A model generated the notes under the pieces. That model was not told the DNA's origin. It saw only the letters and a program-made list of their open reading frames with translations, and did not search any database. Made by a program: the position numbers and the translations under genes. Positions 40,175-49,948 of a stretch of DNA of 64,000 nucleotides are shown one piece after another. Position 1 is the stretch's first letter, and each line of letters begins with the position of its first letter. The DNA comes from Vulcanimicrobiota bacterium (GTDB taxonomy: Bacteria; Vulcanimicrobiota; Vulcanimicrobiia; Vulcanimicrobiales; Vulcanimicrobiaceae), in NCBI GenBank assembly GCA_963777315.1, contig CAVZQC010000005.1:32001-96000 (forward strand). The letters are read 5' to 3'.

Positions 40175-41038
40175 ATGGATCGTCTGACCGCCCTTCCGCA
40201 CGCATACAAACTCGCGCGCCGCGACGCGCGAACGTCCCGCACGGTCGTGCGCTTGCCAAACGGCGCCTCGTTCGGCGGCGACGTGGTGGCGATCTGCGCG
40301 GGGCCGTGCAGCGTGGAGTCGCGCGAACAGATCGAAACGACGGCCAAAGCGGTCGCTGCACAGGGTGCGAACGTCCTTCGCGGGGGCGCGTTCAAGCCGC
40401 GCACGTCGCCCTACTCGTTTCAAGGTTTGGGCGCGGAAGGCCTCAAGCTGCTGCGCGCGGCGGCGGACCGCTACGGCATGGCCGTCGTGACCGAAGTGAT
40501 CGATCCGCGCGAGGTCGAGCTGGTCTGCGCGTATGCGGACATGCTGCAGATCGGAGCGCGCAACATGCAGAATTTCAGCTTGCTGCGCGAGGTGGGCGAG
40601 TCGTCAAGACCCGTGCTGCTCAAGCGCGGTTTTTCGGCAACGATCGAAGAGTGGGTCATGGCTGCGGAATACCTGCTCGTTGCGGGCAACGGCGACGTCG
40701 TGCTGTGCGAGCGCGGCATTCGATCGTTCGATAGCGCGACGCGCAATCTGCTGGACATCGCCGCTGTTCCACTCCTGCACGGTTTAACGCACCTGCCGGT
40801 GGTCGTGGACCCTTCGCACGGTACCGGCGTAGCCAAGCTCGTCGGACCGATGGCGCTCGCAGCTGTGGCATGCGGTGCCGACGGCCTGCTGGTCGAAGTT
40901 CATCCGGACCCGCCCGCGGCCGCGTCGGACGGACCCCAGTCGCTCACGTTCGAGCAATTCCAAGCGCTGATGCCGCAAATCGACGTAATAGCGCGTGCGT
41001 TGGGCCGCAGCGTTCCTTCCGCGACGCTGGCCGCTTAG
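40175..41038 (+). CDS. aroF: 3-deoxy-7-phosphoheptulonate (DAHP) synthase, class I-beta
   Basis: [37 protein letters not shown] and DPSH motifs. Confidence 0.93.
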   Translation: MDRLTALPHAYKLARRDARTSRTVVRLPNGASFGGDVVAICAGPCSVESREQIETTAKAVAAQGANVLRGGAFKPRTSPYSFQGLGAEGLKLLRAAADRYGMAVVTEVIDPREVELVCAYADMLQIGARNMQNFSLLREVGESSRPVLLKRGFSATIEEWVMAAEYLLVAGNGDVVLCERGIRSFDSATRNLLDIAAVPLLHGLTHLPVVVDPSHGTGVAKLVGPMALAAVACGADGLLVEVHPDPPAAASDGPQSLTFEQFQALMPQIDVIARALGRSVPSATLAA

Positions 41039-41172
41039 CGCCTGCCGGTCCGCTAGTCCGCTGGGGTGCCCGGCCGACGAAAGCCGTTTGAGTTGCGTTG
41101 AAGGGCGGTAGAAGGGAGGCGCCTTAGTCCTCCTTCATCTCGTACACAGCACTTCGAGGTAGGAACATAAGC

Positions 41173-42534
41173 ATGATTCGCACTTCTGGTCCGGCAGCGG
41201 CCCTTATCGCTTTCGCGGCGTGCGCGGCGTTCGCGCTGCCGGCGTCCGCGCAGTACGCGAACGAGTATTCGCCGCCCAAGTTAGTTCATCGCGGCAGCAC
41301 TTCCAAAGGGATTGCCGGCACCGGTACCGTGATCGTACAAGTTCAGGTCAACGCAGACGGCTCGCACAAAGCGCTGCGCGTGATCCATTCGAGCAATGCG
41401 GGCAACAATGCCGCGGCGCTCGACATCGCCCAGAACTCTTCGTACCGGCCCGCGCATCGCGGTGCGAAGGCCGTTACGGCATTCTACGACTTCACGCTCA
41501 AATTCACCGGAAAATCGGTGGCGGCGCAGGGTTCGAGCGTAGCCGGCGGATCTTCGGTGAGCGCGCAGATCGATCGCATGATCCGCGCGGGCAATTACTC
41601 GGGCGCGCAGGCCAAGGCTCAGCAGGCTCTGCAGAGCGCTCCGGACGATCCGGTCTTGTATTCGGAGTTGGGAGCCGCCAACTACTTCATGGCGCAGTAT
41701 CCCGAGGCCGCCGAGGCGTTTTCCAAAGCCTCCAACTTACCGCACGAGTTTACGCAGGTCGCGGCCAACGCGTACGTGCTGGCATCGCAAAAGCTGGTCA
41801 ACACCAATCCTTCGCAGTCGCTGGCCTACGCGCAGAAAGCGCTTGCGCTCTCGCCGCACAGCGGTGGCGCGTATTACGCTCTGGGTGCTGCGGAACTGGC
41901 TTCCGGCAATGCCGCGCAAGCCGCAACGGATCTGAAAAAAGCGCGCGACATCGTTTTTGCCGATCCCAAAACCGACGTCAAGTCCCGCGTCAACGTCGAC
42001 TCGGAGCTCTTCAGCGCCTATACCAAAGCGGGCGACGCCGCGCAGGCGCAAGCCACGATGAACGAGATCAAAAAACTCGATCCGAACAATGCAGCGGTCG
42101 GCACGATCATGACCAACTCGTACTTGACGCAGGGACAGGCAGCCGAGAAAGCCGGCAAGTACGACGAGGCAATCTCGTACTTCGAACAAGCCGCGGCCAG
42201 CGGCGGAAAGCAGGCGCAGGTCACAGCTTACACCTCGGCGGCGTTCGCATTTAACGAGATGCTCCAGAAGCAAAAGAATCCGGCGACGGTGCAGGACTAC
42301 GCCAAGATGAAGGGCTACGCCGACAAAGCCGTGGCAGCCGATCCAAACGACGCGCAAGCCAACTTTGCACAAGGCGTCGCGCTGGGCGGGGAGTACCTGG
42401 TGGGGGGCAAGGCGGACTCGTCGCTCAAGACGCAGGCACTGGCAGCGCTGGCCAAAGCCAAGTCCGGAGCGCAGTCGTCCCATAATTCCGCGCTGGCGCA
42501 GGCCATCGACAATTTCGTCAAACAGCTGCAGTAG
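41173..42534 (+). CDS. Secreted TonB-C-domain + TPR protein
   Basis: Signal peptide ending ASA-Q; GTVIVQVQVNADG...SS...AAL...YRPA (TonB-C) followed by TPR-like helices. Confidence 0.8.
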   Translation: MIRTSGPAAALIAFAACAAFALPASAQYANEYSPPKLVHRGSTSKGIAGTGTVIVQVQVNADGSHKALRVIHSSNAGNNAAALDIAQNSSYRPAHRGAKAVTAFYDFTLKFTGKSVAAQGSSVAGGSSVSAQIDRMIRAGNYSGAQAKAQQALQSAPDDPVLYSELGAANYFMAQYPEAAEAFSKASNLPHEFTQVAANAYVLASQKLVNTNPSQSLAYAQKALALSPHSGGAYYALGAAELASGNAAQAATDLKKARDIVFADPKTDVKSRVNVDSELFSAYTKAGDAAQAQATMNEIKKLDPNNAAVGTIMTNSYLTQGQAAEKAGKYDEAISYFEQAAASGGKQAQVTAYTSAAFAFNEMLQKQKNPATVQDYAKMKGYADKAVAADPNDAQANFAQGVALGGEYLVGGKADSSLKTQALAALAKAKSGAQSSHNSALAQAIDNFVKQLQ

Positions 42535-42675
42535 CAGGGGAGGGAAAGTACGAGGACTTTGCGGGGGGCTGGCCTAATGGTCCGCCTTCACGGAACGGGG
42601 GCGCCTGCCCCGTAAATTTTTGTACTGTCTAAGCGCACAATACGTTCCCGTAAAACGGGAGGGGTCGAAAAAATA

Positions 42676-43335
42676 GTGTTTGGCGGTTTTTGGGCATTCA
42701 TGCAGCAGGGCGGCTGGGACATGTGGCTGCTGCTGCTCCTTTCCATCGTGGGTCTGGCGGTCGTCATCGAGAGGCTCTACTTCTTCGCCATGCAGCATGG
42801 CGACACGAAGGGGCTATTGCGCTCGATCGGCCAGAAAATCGCGCAAGACGACGTCGAAGGCGCGATCAAGGTATGCCGGGCGCAGCGCGGCATGCTGCCG
42901 CGCATTCTCGAGTTCGGCTTGCTGCGCGGAGAGAAAAATCGCGCCGACATCACGGACGCGCTCTCCATCGCGCTCATGGAGCATCTGAACTCGCTCGAAC
43001 GTAATTTGGGCATCGTCGGCACCATCGCCGTCATCGCACCCTTCGTGGGTCTGTTCGGTACGGTGCTCGGCATCATCCGAGCGTTCCAGGACATCGCGCT
43101 CAAGGGCAATTCCACTCCGGCGGTAGTCGCGGCCGGCGTCTCGGAAGCGCTCATCACCACGGCGTCCGGACTGATCATCGCCGTCATCGCGGTGGTGTTC
43201 TTCAACTACTTCAAGACGCGCATCAAAGCGTACAATCAAGAGATGATCGTCGCGGCCAACCAGATGGCCGAGATGCTGCACTTCCACAACACCGGCGCTC
43301 CCATCCCCACCGACCTGTACCAGCCGGTCAAGTAG
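42676..43335 (+). CDS. exbB: MotA/TolQ/ExbB proton channel protein
   Basis: APFVGLFGTVLGIIRAF and GVSEALITTA.GL motifs. Confidence 0.9.
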   Translation: MFGGFWAFMQQGGWDMWLLLLLSIVGLAVVIERLYFFAMQHGDTKGLLRSIGQKIAQDDVEGAIKVCRAQRGMLPRILEFGLLRGEKNRADITDALSIALMEHLNSLERNLGIVGTIAVIAPFVGLFGTVLGIIRAFQDIALKGNSTPAVVAAGVSEALITTASGLIIAVIAVVFFNYFKTRIKAYNQEMIVAANQMAEMLHFHNTGAPIPTDLYQPVK

Positions 43336-43348
43336 CGGGAGCACTTCG

Positions 43349-43759
43349 GTGAGCCTTCTCTCGGCAAAGCAGGACGAAGAGGTGATGGCGGAGATCAACA
43401 TCACGCCGTTCACCGATGTCCTGCTCGTGCTGCTCATCATCTTCATGATCCTGGCCGCGCTCGTTACGCCGCCGGGCTTCGAAAAAGAGCTGCCCAACAA
43501 CAACAATTCGCAGCCGCAGACGCAAAAGCAGCATAACGACATCGAAATCGACGTCAACAACAAGGGCGTGATCTTCGTCGACGGCCAAAAGACCGACGAG
43601 AACGGCATCTATGGCGTGATGTTGACGGAGCGCGCCAAACGCGGAAACAAGCACGTCTCGATCATCGCCGACGCCAAGGCGCCGTACGGCATCATCATCC
43701 GCATCCTCGACGCCGCGAAGGTGGCAGGGCTCGAGGACGTGGGTTTCGTTACTTCGTAG
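43349..43759 (+). CDS. exbD: ExbD/TolR family protein
   Basis: EINITPFTDVLLVLLIIFMI and ADAKAPYG motifs. Confidence 0.9.
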   Translation: MSLLSAKQDEEVMAEINITPFTDVLLVLLIIFMILAALVTPPGFEKELPNNNNSQPQTQKQHNDIEIDVNNKGVIFVDGQKTDENGIYGVMLTERAKRGNKHVSIIADAKAPYGIIIRILDAAKVAGLEDVGFVTS

Positions 43760-43780
43760 TGGAGGTTTAAGAAGTAAGTC

Positions 43781-44194
43781 GTGGCCGTTTCAACGGGTCA
43801 AGGCGAAGAAGAAGTCATGTCGACCATCAACATCACGCCGTTCACCGACGTGCTGCTGGTCCTGCTGATCATCTTCATCATTCTCGCCTCAGTCACTAAA
43901 GAGCCGCCGCTCCCCTTGGCCAAAAACCGGGACAAGGTGCTGCCCTCGCAAATCGTCGTGATCATCGACGACAAGAACACGATTCAAATCGGCTCGAACA
44001 CCGTCGACATCCAGCAAGCCAAAGGCGCCTTCGCCGACCTGCAGGCAAACACGGGCAATCACTTCAAGAGCGTGATCATCAAGGCGGACCCCAAGGCGAA
44101 CTACGGCACGATTTTGGAGGTGATGGACGCGGCCAAGTCCGTCAATCTCACGGAGTTCGGCCTGGCGAATAAGATCGAGGGAAGCAAGACCTAA
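43781..44194 (+). CDS. exbD: ExbD/TolR family protein (second copy)
   Basis: INITPFTDVLLVLLIIF and KAD...YG..VMD motifs. Confidence 0.9.
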   Translation: MAVSTGQGEEEVMSTINITPFTDVLLVLLIIFIILASVTKEPPLPLAKNRDKVLPSQIVVIIDDKNTIQIGSNTVDIQQAKGAFADLQANTGNHFKSVIIKADPKANYGTILEVMDAAKSVNLTEFGLANKIEGSKT

Positions 44195-44196
44195 CC

Positions 44197-44937
44197 GTGG
44201 CAAAGAAAAACGGTTCGCCCTTCATTACGTCGGGCGAGCACATCCGCAGTTTCATCGGCTGGGCATTCGTAATCTCGATCGCCCTGCATTTTGTCGCGGC
44301 GCCGTTCTTGCGCAACATGACGCAGCATACCGAAGAGCAGACGGTCGAAAAGGTGTCGGTGACCAAGAAGATCACCGTCAAACCTCCGACGCCGCCGCCG
44401 CCCACGCCCACGCCGCCGCCGCCGAAAACCACCCCGCCTCCCCAGCAAAAACCGCAGCAGCAGCCTCAGCCCAAACTCAAGGTCGAACCGCCCAAGACGA
44501 CCAGCAACAACGCGTCGACGACCTCGAGCGAAAACAAGTATATTCCGCCGCAGAAGGGCACTGAGAACGGTGTACCGGCAGGGACCGTCGCCAGCGCTGC
44601 ACCCGCGCCGGCGGCACCGACCGCGCCGCCCGGCACGCCGAAACCCGCGTGCCAAACGCCGTATCAGGATGCGACGGCAGTTCAGGCCGTCACTCCAGAT
44701 TATCCGGAGGCCGCGCGCGAACAAGGCTTGGGACAGGTCGAAGTCAACGTCATCGTAACGCTGTCGGCGTCCGGCGCGCCGATCGGCGTTACGCTGCAGA
44801 ACTCCTCGGGCAACATGTCGATCGATCAGGCGGCAAAACAGGCGGCCATGGGATCGACGTATGCTCCGAAAATCGTCAATTGCCAGAAAGTGCAATCGCA
44901 GTACATTTACAAAGTCACCTTCGATCCCAATAGCTGA
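44197..44937 (+). CDS. tonB: Energy transducer TonB
   Basis: TM segment with S-x3-H, Pro-rich linker, and P.YPEAAR..G...SSG...DQAA C-domain. Confidence 0.88.
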   Translation: MAKKNGSPFITSGEHIRSFIGWAFVISIALHFVAAPFLRNMTQHTEEQTVEKVSVTKKITVKPPTPPPPTPTPPPPKTTPPPQQKPQQQPQPKLKVEPPKTTSNNASTTSSENKYIPPQKGTENGVPAGTVASAAPAPAAPTAPPGTPKPACQTPYQDATAVQAVTPDYPEAAREQGLGQVEVNVIVTLSASGAPIGVTLQNSSGNMSIDQAAKQAAMGSTYAPKIVNCQKVQSQYIYKVTFDPNS

Positions 44938-44970
44938 TCGCGCGCTCGCACCGAGCGCAGCATCTTCGAA

Positions 44971-45624
44971 ATGTACGTCAAGCGTTCGCGAACGCTGCTG
45001 ATCGCCGCCGCGGTCGTTTCCCTGCTGGTCCATCTCATTCTGGCCGGGTACGTCAGATGGCCGGTGTTCGACCGGTCTCCCGAGCAAGAACGGCTCACGC
45101 GAATACGCATTCTGCGCGTCGCGCGCCGGGTACCGCAGACGCCGCAACCTACGCCGGCACCCACTCCGATTCGAACGCCGGCCGTGCGCGCGAGCATCGT
45201 TCCGCCTGCGATCGCCGCGCGCGGTTCGAAGGGACTCGCGCCGGCCAAAACGCTTGCCGTTCCGGCCGCCGGCACGCCTCCTCCTCGCGCCAAGCCGGCT
45301 CCGACCCCGGCTGCCACGGCTACGGCGTCCGGGCCGTGCGCCGGCCATGCCGACACCGACCCGACAGTCGCCGCAACGCCGGATGCCGCGGACATCCCGC
45401 CGCAGGCGCGCGCGAGCAAAGCGAGCGGAACTGCAGCGGTACGTGTGTCGCTGGACGCAGAGGCGCGCGTGCTGCAGGCGAACCTGACGGTGTCTTCAGG
45501 CAATGCGGGGCTGGATGCGGTCGCCGTGCAGATGGCGCGCGGCGCATCGTACACTCCCAAGTACGTCGGCTGCAAAGCCGTTGCGGGCGATTACACGTTC
45601 ACGGTAAAATTCGTCGCTTGGTAA
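44971..45624 (+). CDS. Energy transducer TonB family protein (second)
   Basis: TM segment SLLVH, Pro-rich linker, and SSGNAGLD..A C-domain. Confidence 0.82.
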   Translation: MYVKRSRTLLIAAAVVSLLVHLILAGYVRWPVFDRSPEQERLTRIRILRVARRVPQTPQPTPAPTPIRTPAVRASIVPPAIAARGSKGLAPAKTLAVPAAGTPPPRAKPAPTPAATATASGPCAGHADTDPTVAATPDAADIPPQARASKASGTAAVRVSLDAEARVLQANLTVSSGNAGLDAVAVQMARGASYTPKYVGCKAVAGDYTFTVKFVAW

Positions 45625-45637
45625 CGGGTTGCCGTTT

Positions 45638-45821
45638 GGACGCCGGTGTCGCGCGCCTACGCGGACCTCGTGCCGGACCGTTCGAAAATCAACATCGTGT
45701 TGATTTTCTACTCGCGCCGCTTTTTCGAGAGAACGAAGTTTTGAAGTCGACATCGTGTCGAACTCGAAAAAGTCGGAGCGTCCCGCAACGAGGTCCGCGT
45801 AGGCGTGCAACACCGGCGTCC
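45638..45821. repeat. 184-nt branched palindromic element (MITE-like element or ncRNA)
   Basis: 34-bp terminal inverted repeat (45638-45671 with 45788-45821, two non-Watson-Crick positions) enclosing two hairpins that share ACATCGTGT. Confidence 0.75.
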
Positions 45822-45847
45822 GTGGGCGCTCGCATGCGCGGTTCCGG

Positions 45848-46249
45848 CTAAATGACTCCCATGTCGCGAAGCAATCGAAGCGTATCGATGTAGCGCGTGA
45901 GGTCCTTTTGCGTTTCTTCGTCGACGTCCACGAAAGCGACCCCGGTGCGATGCCGCTGCAGCATCGGATCGAAATGTGACCAGCGCACCATGCCGTTGAG
46001 GCGAATCATCGGGCGCGTGTCGCCGCGCAGCTCCAGGGTGACCGTGATCGGCGCTTCTTTTTGCAGCTCCGCATTGGTGATCATCGCCATGCCGCCCAGC
46101 GCGATGTCGTACGTTTCGGTGAATTCCGGAGCGAAGTCTCCGGAGATGCTGTACGACACGAGCAGCGTGTCGCCCAGGCGCTCGAATTCGCGCTGGTGGC
46201 CGTACTGCTCGCGCTCTTCGGAATCGCGCGAGTCCGATTCTGGCTCCAC
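45848..46249 (-). CDS. PilZ domain protein
   Basis: R-x3-R (REFER), D-x-A-x-GG, VRW and GVAF motifs; GTG start. Confidence 0.82.
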   Translation of the reverse strand: MEPESDSRDSEEREQYGHQREFERLGDTLLVSYSISGDFAPEFTETYDIALGGMAMITNAELQKEAPITVTLELRGDTRPMIRLNGMVRWSHFDPMLQRHRTGVAFVDVDEETQKDLTRYIDTLRLLRDMGVI

Positions 46250-46306
46250 GCTTTGCGCCTTAGGCGTCTCAAGGAGCAATCCTTCCAGCGACGTATCCAG
46301 GGCAGC

Positions 46307-47167
46307 GTGACGTTCGTCCAGGCCATGACGCTCGCGCTGCTGCAAGGCGTGAGCGAACTTTTTCCCGTCAGCAGCCTGGGCCAGACCATCCTGATTCCCG
46401 CGCTGCTGCATTGGCGCAACGTCGACCGCGCCGACCCCACTTTTCTGGCCTTCGTGACGGTGCTGCATCTGGGAACGGCAGTTGCGCTGATGATTTTTTA
46501 CCGGCGCGCGTGGGTGAGAATCATCCGGGCTTTCGTCGGGAGCATCATTCGAGGACGAATCGGCACGGATCCCGACGAGCGCCTCGCGTGGCTGCTCGTG
46601 GTGGGCAGCATTCCGGTGGGATTGCTGGGCGTGCTGCTCAAAGACCCGGTACGGCATTTTTTCGGAAGCGCTCGGCTGGCGGCGGCGTTTTTGATTTTCA
46701 ACGCGCTCATCATGTTTTTCGGCGAATTTTTGCGGCGGCGGCAAAAAGCGCAATTTCACCGCCCCGACAAAAAGATCGCCCAGCTGAGCTGGGCCGAAAG
46801 CGTGGGCGTCGGATTCGGGCAGTCCTTTGCGTTGTTTCCGGGCATTTCGCGCTCGGGCGCTTCGATGGTCGCCGGGCTACTGGCCAACCTCAATCATGAG
46901 GATGCGGCCAATTATTCATTTTTGCTCGCAACGCCGGTTATTTTGGCGGCCGGCCTGCTGGAAGTGCCGGATCTGATCGGGCCGGGAAGACACTTGGTGC
47001 TTGTCCAAGCAGTGATCGGCGGCGTTGTCGCAGGCATTGCAGCGTACGCTTCGGTCGCGTTTCTGGTTCGGTACTTCCAAAACAACGATCTGCGCCCGTT
47101 CGGCTGGTACTGTTTGATCTTCGGCGCAGTGTGTTTGGCGCTGGCCGCCAAAGGGGTCATTCAATGA
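46307..47167 (+). CDS. uppP: Undecaprenyl-diphosphate phosphatase
   Basis: QGVSELFPVSS.G, HLGT, PGISRSG and SFLLATP motifs. Confidence 0.93.
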   Translation: MTFVQAMTLALLQGVSELFPVSSLGQTILIPALLHWRNVDRADPTFLAFVTVLHLGTAVALMIFYRRAWVRIIRAFVGSIIRGRIGTDPDERLAWLLVVGSIPVGLLGVLLKDPVRHFFGSARLAAAFLIFNALIMFFGEFLRRRQKAQFHRPDKKIAQLSWAESVGVGFGQSFALFPGISRSGASMVAGLLANLNHEDAANYSFLLATPVILAAGLLEVPDLIGPGRHLVLVQAVIGGVVAGIAAYASVAFLVRYFQNNDLRPFGWYCLIFGAVCLALAAKGVIQ

Positions 47168-47358
47168 AAATCGTCGCCATCGTTCTGGGCATTATCTTCG
47201 TCATTTTGGCCATCCTCACGTGGACCGGCGGGGCGCACGTGCTGCCCGCGATCGGACTGGACGGTAAACATCACACCAAGCATACGATCTTGTATGCGAT
47301 TATCGCCGTGCTGTGTTTCGTATGGGCGCGCATGTCCACCGAACCGGCGCGCGTGTAG
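47164..47358 (+). CDS. Small two-TM membrane protein
   Basis: ATGA overlap with uppP; two hydrophobic segments flank HHTKH. Confidence 0.7.
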   Translation: MKIVAIVLGIIFVILAILTWTGGAHVLPAIGLDGKHHTKHTILYAIIAVLCFVWARMSTEPARV

Positions 47359-47360
47359 TT

Positions 47361-48275
47361 CTATTTCTTGCCGATGAGATATGCTTCGTTCGGGTGCGGC
47401 GCGAATACTTCGACGTGCGCGCGCGCGTTGCGAAGATGCGGTTCGAACTCACGCAGGCGCTGCTGGGTCGTTTGTATGATAACCACCGGATAGTCGGCGG
47501 CGTTGGACAGCACGCTCGCCACCGCGCGCGCGTACCCATGCTCGTCGGCGCTGCGCTGGCCGAACAGCGAATCGCGGTAGACGTGCTCGATGTTGTAATA
47601 CGGATTGCCCTGCCACCAGGCTTCCCACATCCAAATGCGGGCGTCGGCGCTGCGGAATGAATTGCGGGCCGGCGGCGCGATAAACAGCGCATCGGCCTGA
47701 TGCGCGCCGATCGTTGCCAAAACGTCGCCGCGGCGCACGGTGTTGCGGCGCAGGTTCGTAGCCACCCAGCGATCCGTTTTGCTGATGTAGTCCCATGCCA
47801 GCTCGCTTGGGGGAACGTCCGGCATATCGTCGGGGTAGTGCGCTTTCTGCAGCCAGTAACACAAGACGTTCCAGAGCCCCACGATGGCAAGTCCGGTTTG
47901 GCCGTCGCTGCGCAGATTGTGCACGTTATCGTGCCACACGCCCAAATAGACGCACTGTTCTTCGGTAAAAAAGACGCCTTCCCAAGCTTTGAACAGGTCG
48001 ACGGAGTAGATGCGTCCCGGGAGCATTTCCACGATTTCGGCCACTTCGTTGTCGCGCAGCACGGTGAAGTCGTTGACCACCAGGCCTTCGCCGGCGCGCA
48101 CGAACCATTCGACCAAGTCGCCGCCGTGAGCCGCCAAGCCGTGGCGTTTGAGATAATTGAGATGCGTCGGAATGCCCATGAAGGGATCGACGACGCTGCT
48201 GCATCCGTATTTGCGCAGGATCTCTTCCAGCCGGGACGAGGAGATACGGCGCGTTCGCTCGTGCAGTTCGATCAC
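47361..48275 (-). CDS. Degenerate DNA adenine methyltransferase-like protein
   Basis: Motif-I-like VVDPFMG near the N-terminus; the motif-IV position reads DALFIAPPA instead of D/NPPY; GTGA overlap with the upstream gene. Confidence 0.65.
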   Translation of the reverse strand: MIELHERTRRISSSRLEEILRKYGCSSVVDPFMGIPTHLNYLKRHGLAAHGGDLVEWFVRAGEGLVVNDFTVLRDNEVAEIVEMLPGRIYSVDLFKAWEGVFFTEEQCVYLGVWHDNVHNLRSDGQTGLAIVGLWNVLCYWLQKAHYPDDMPDVPPSELAWDYISKTDRWVATNLRRNTVRRGDVLATIGAHQADALFIAPPARNSFRSADARIWMWEAWWQGNPYYNIEHVYRDSLFGQRSADEHGYARAVASVLSNAADYPVVIIQTTQQRLREFEPHLRNARAHVEVFAPHPNEAYLIGKK

Positions 48276-49456
48276 GTCCGCGCCTTGAGCACTTCGGCCA
48301 ATGCCCGCACGGCTTTGGGATCGAATTGCGTGCCTGCTGCGGTTTCGAGGCGAACGATCGGCAGGATGCGATGCTCGGCAACGCGCGTCCGGTACGCTTC
48401 GTCCAGCGCTTCGTATGCAATGGCAAGAGCGAGCACGTGTGCCGCCGGCGGGATAGCATCGTGCCGCAACCCGTCGGGCGCTCCGGTGCCATCATACCAC
48501 TCGGCGCGCGCGCGCACGATTGGAGCGGCACCCTGCAGGAAGGGGCATCGCGCGATCGATTCGGCGGCGCGCACGGCATTGTCGGCGCGCGTCTGTATGC
48601 CCAAACGCCCGAGCGCGTCGAACGCGGCGGACTCGCTCCGGGGCGAGCGCAGCTCGCCCAGACCGTACACTGCGCTCGCGAGCTGCAAACTGCGCAACGT
48701 TTCGGCGGACAATGCGAGGGCGCAGCCGATATCGTTCGCGCGTGCAGCCACGCGTTGCGCCCGCTCGGGCGTGCCGTTGTGCTCGTCGATCAGCTGCGAC
48801 AGGATCGTCACGATCTCGTCGGGAGTGCTGCGGCCGGCGTTCAGCGCCGCATGCGGAACATCGATGGGCTCGATCGTGCCGCCGAACGTATGAAACCACA
48901 TGACGAACGCGCGAACTTGCTCGGGCGCGAACGTCCTTCCGCTCCCGGCGGATATTCCGGCCAGCGCTTCTTCCGGTTCTGCGAACGCAACGAAACTGGC
49001 GGCAAGGTGCAGCAATTGCGCCGGCTTTGGAATGCCGGACCAGCGCAATTGGTCCGGAAATCCGGTGCCGTCCCAACATTCGGATTGCCAGCGCACGATA
49101 TCGGCGGTTGCATCCGGCAGAGCGGCGATGCGCTCGCACACCCGCGCGCCATGCGCCGGAATGTCCCAGCGAGCAATTGCGGCCGTGCGTTCATTTTGCG
49201 GTTCGCCCTTGGCAAAAGCCGCGTTTCCCAATGCGCCGGCGTTGCGAAGCTGCGCTGCAAAGTAGAGCGCATCGCAATCCTGTGATGCCAATCCGGCAAG
49301 GCGCGCCATGGCGACCGCCAGAGCGGCAACGCGTTCGCCGTCTTGCGGCGCTCCGCCGGCGGCGTGATCGGCTACGTTTCCGAAGAACGAGAGTGCTTGA
49401 CCGAGGGCCACGGACTCGGGGCTCGAACTCCCGTCAGAACCTTCGCTGAAGGACAT
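48272..49456 (-). CDS. Tandem degenerate HD-GYP domain protein
   Basis: ERVA, ECWDGTGFPDQL, EWYDGTGAPDGL and GTQFDP motifs; the HD dyads are replaced (LRNAG, VYGLG). Confidence 0.8.
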   Translation of the reverse strand: MSFSEGSDGSSSPESVALGQALSFFGNVADHAAGGAPQDGERVAALAVAMARLAGLASQDCDALYFAAQLRNAGALGNAAFAKGEPQNERTAAIARWDIPAHGARVCERIAALPDATADIVRWQSECWDGTGFPDQLRWSGIPKPAQLLHLAASFVAFAEPEEALAGISAGSGRTFAPEQVRAFVMWFHTFGGTIEPIDVPHAALNAGRSTPDEIVTILSQLIDEHNGTPERAQRVAARANDIGCALALSAETLRSLQLASAVYGLGELRSPRSESAAFDALGRLGIQTRADNAVRAAESIARCPFLQGAAPIVRARAEWYDGTGAPDGLRHDAIPPAAHVLALAIAYEALDEAYRTRVAEHRILPIVRLETAAGTQFDPKAVRALAEVLKART

Positions 49457-49480
49457 TCTTTCGTCCGTTTTTCTATTACC

Positions 49481-49948
49481 GTGCCGAAACCCTCACATAT
49501 CGCCGACGACGGCAGCATTTTTATGGTCGACGTCTCGCAAAAAACGCCGACGCCGCGAACCGCTCGGGCGCAGGCCCGCGTCCATTTAGGCGCGGCAGCT
49601 GCGGCCGCGCTGCGGAGCGCGACGCTGGTCAAGGGCGATGCATTCGCGGCCGCTCAGCTGGCCGGCATCATGGCGGCGAAGCACACCTCTACGCTCATTC
49701 CACTCACGCACGTCATCCCGCTTTCCGCCGTCGACGTGGCGCTGCGTTGGAAGGACGACGTGCTCGTTATCGAGGCTGAGGCGAAAACCGTTGCAGTGAC
49801 CGGCGTCGAAATGGAAGCGATGGTCGCTGCGGCGGTGAGCGCGCTCACGATTTACGACATGGCAAAAGCCGTTTCGAAAGACATCACGATTGAATCGGTG
49901 CGCTTGCTGCGCAAGACCGGCGGCAAGAGCGGTACGTATGAACGCTAA
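49481..49948 (+). CDS. moaC: Cyclic pyranopterin monophosphate synthase
   Basis: MVDVSQK, KGD, AGIMAAK.T..LIP, TGVEMEA, IYDMAKA and KTGGKSG motifs. Confidence 0.95.
   Translation: MPKPSHIADDGSIFMVDVSQKTPTPRTARAQARVHLGAAAAAALRSATLVKGDAFAAAQLAGIMAAKHTSTLIPLTHVIPLSAVDVALRWKDDVLVIEAEAKTVAVTGVEMEAMVAAAVSALTIYDMAKAVSKDITIESVRLLRKTGGKSGTYER

Noticed and set aside
42585..42665. Short stems before exbB, one overlapping GGAGG
   Set aside because: Stems are 6-7 bp and the SD spacing is long; not distinguishable from chance.
44380..44480. CCG/CAG-rich repeat
   Set aside because: Ordinary Pro/Gln-rich TonB linker.
47361..48275. Active restriction-modification system
   Set aside because: No D/NPPY motif and no adjacent endonuclease.
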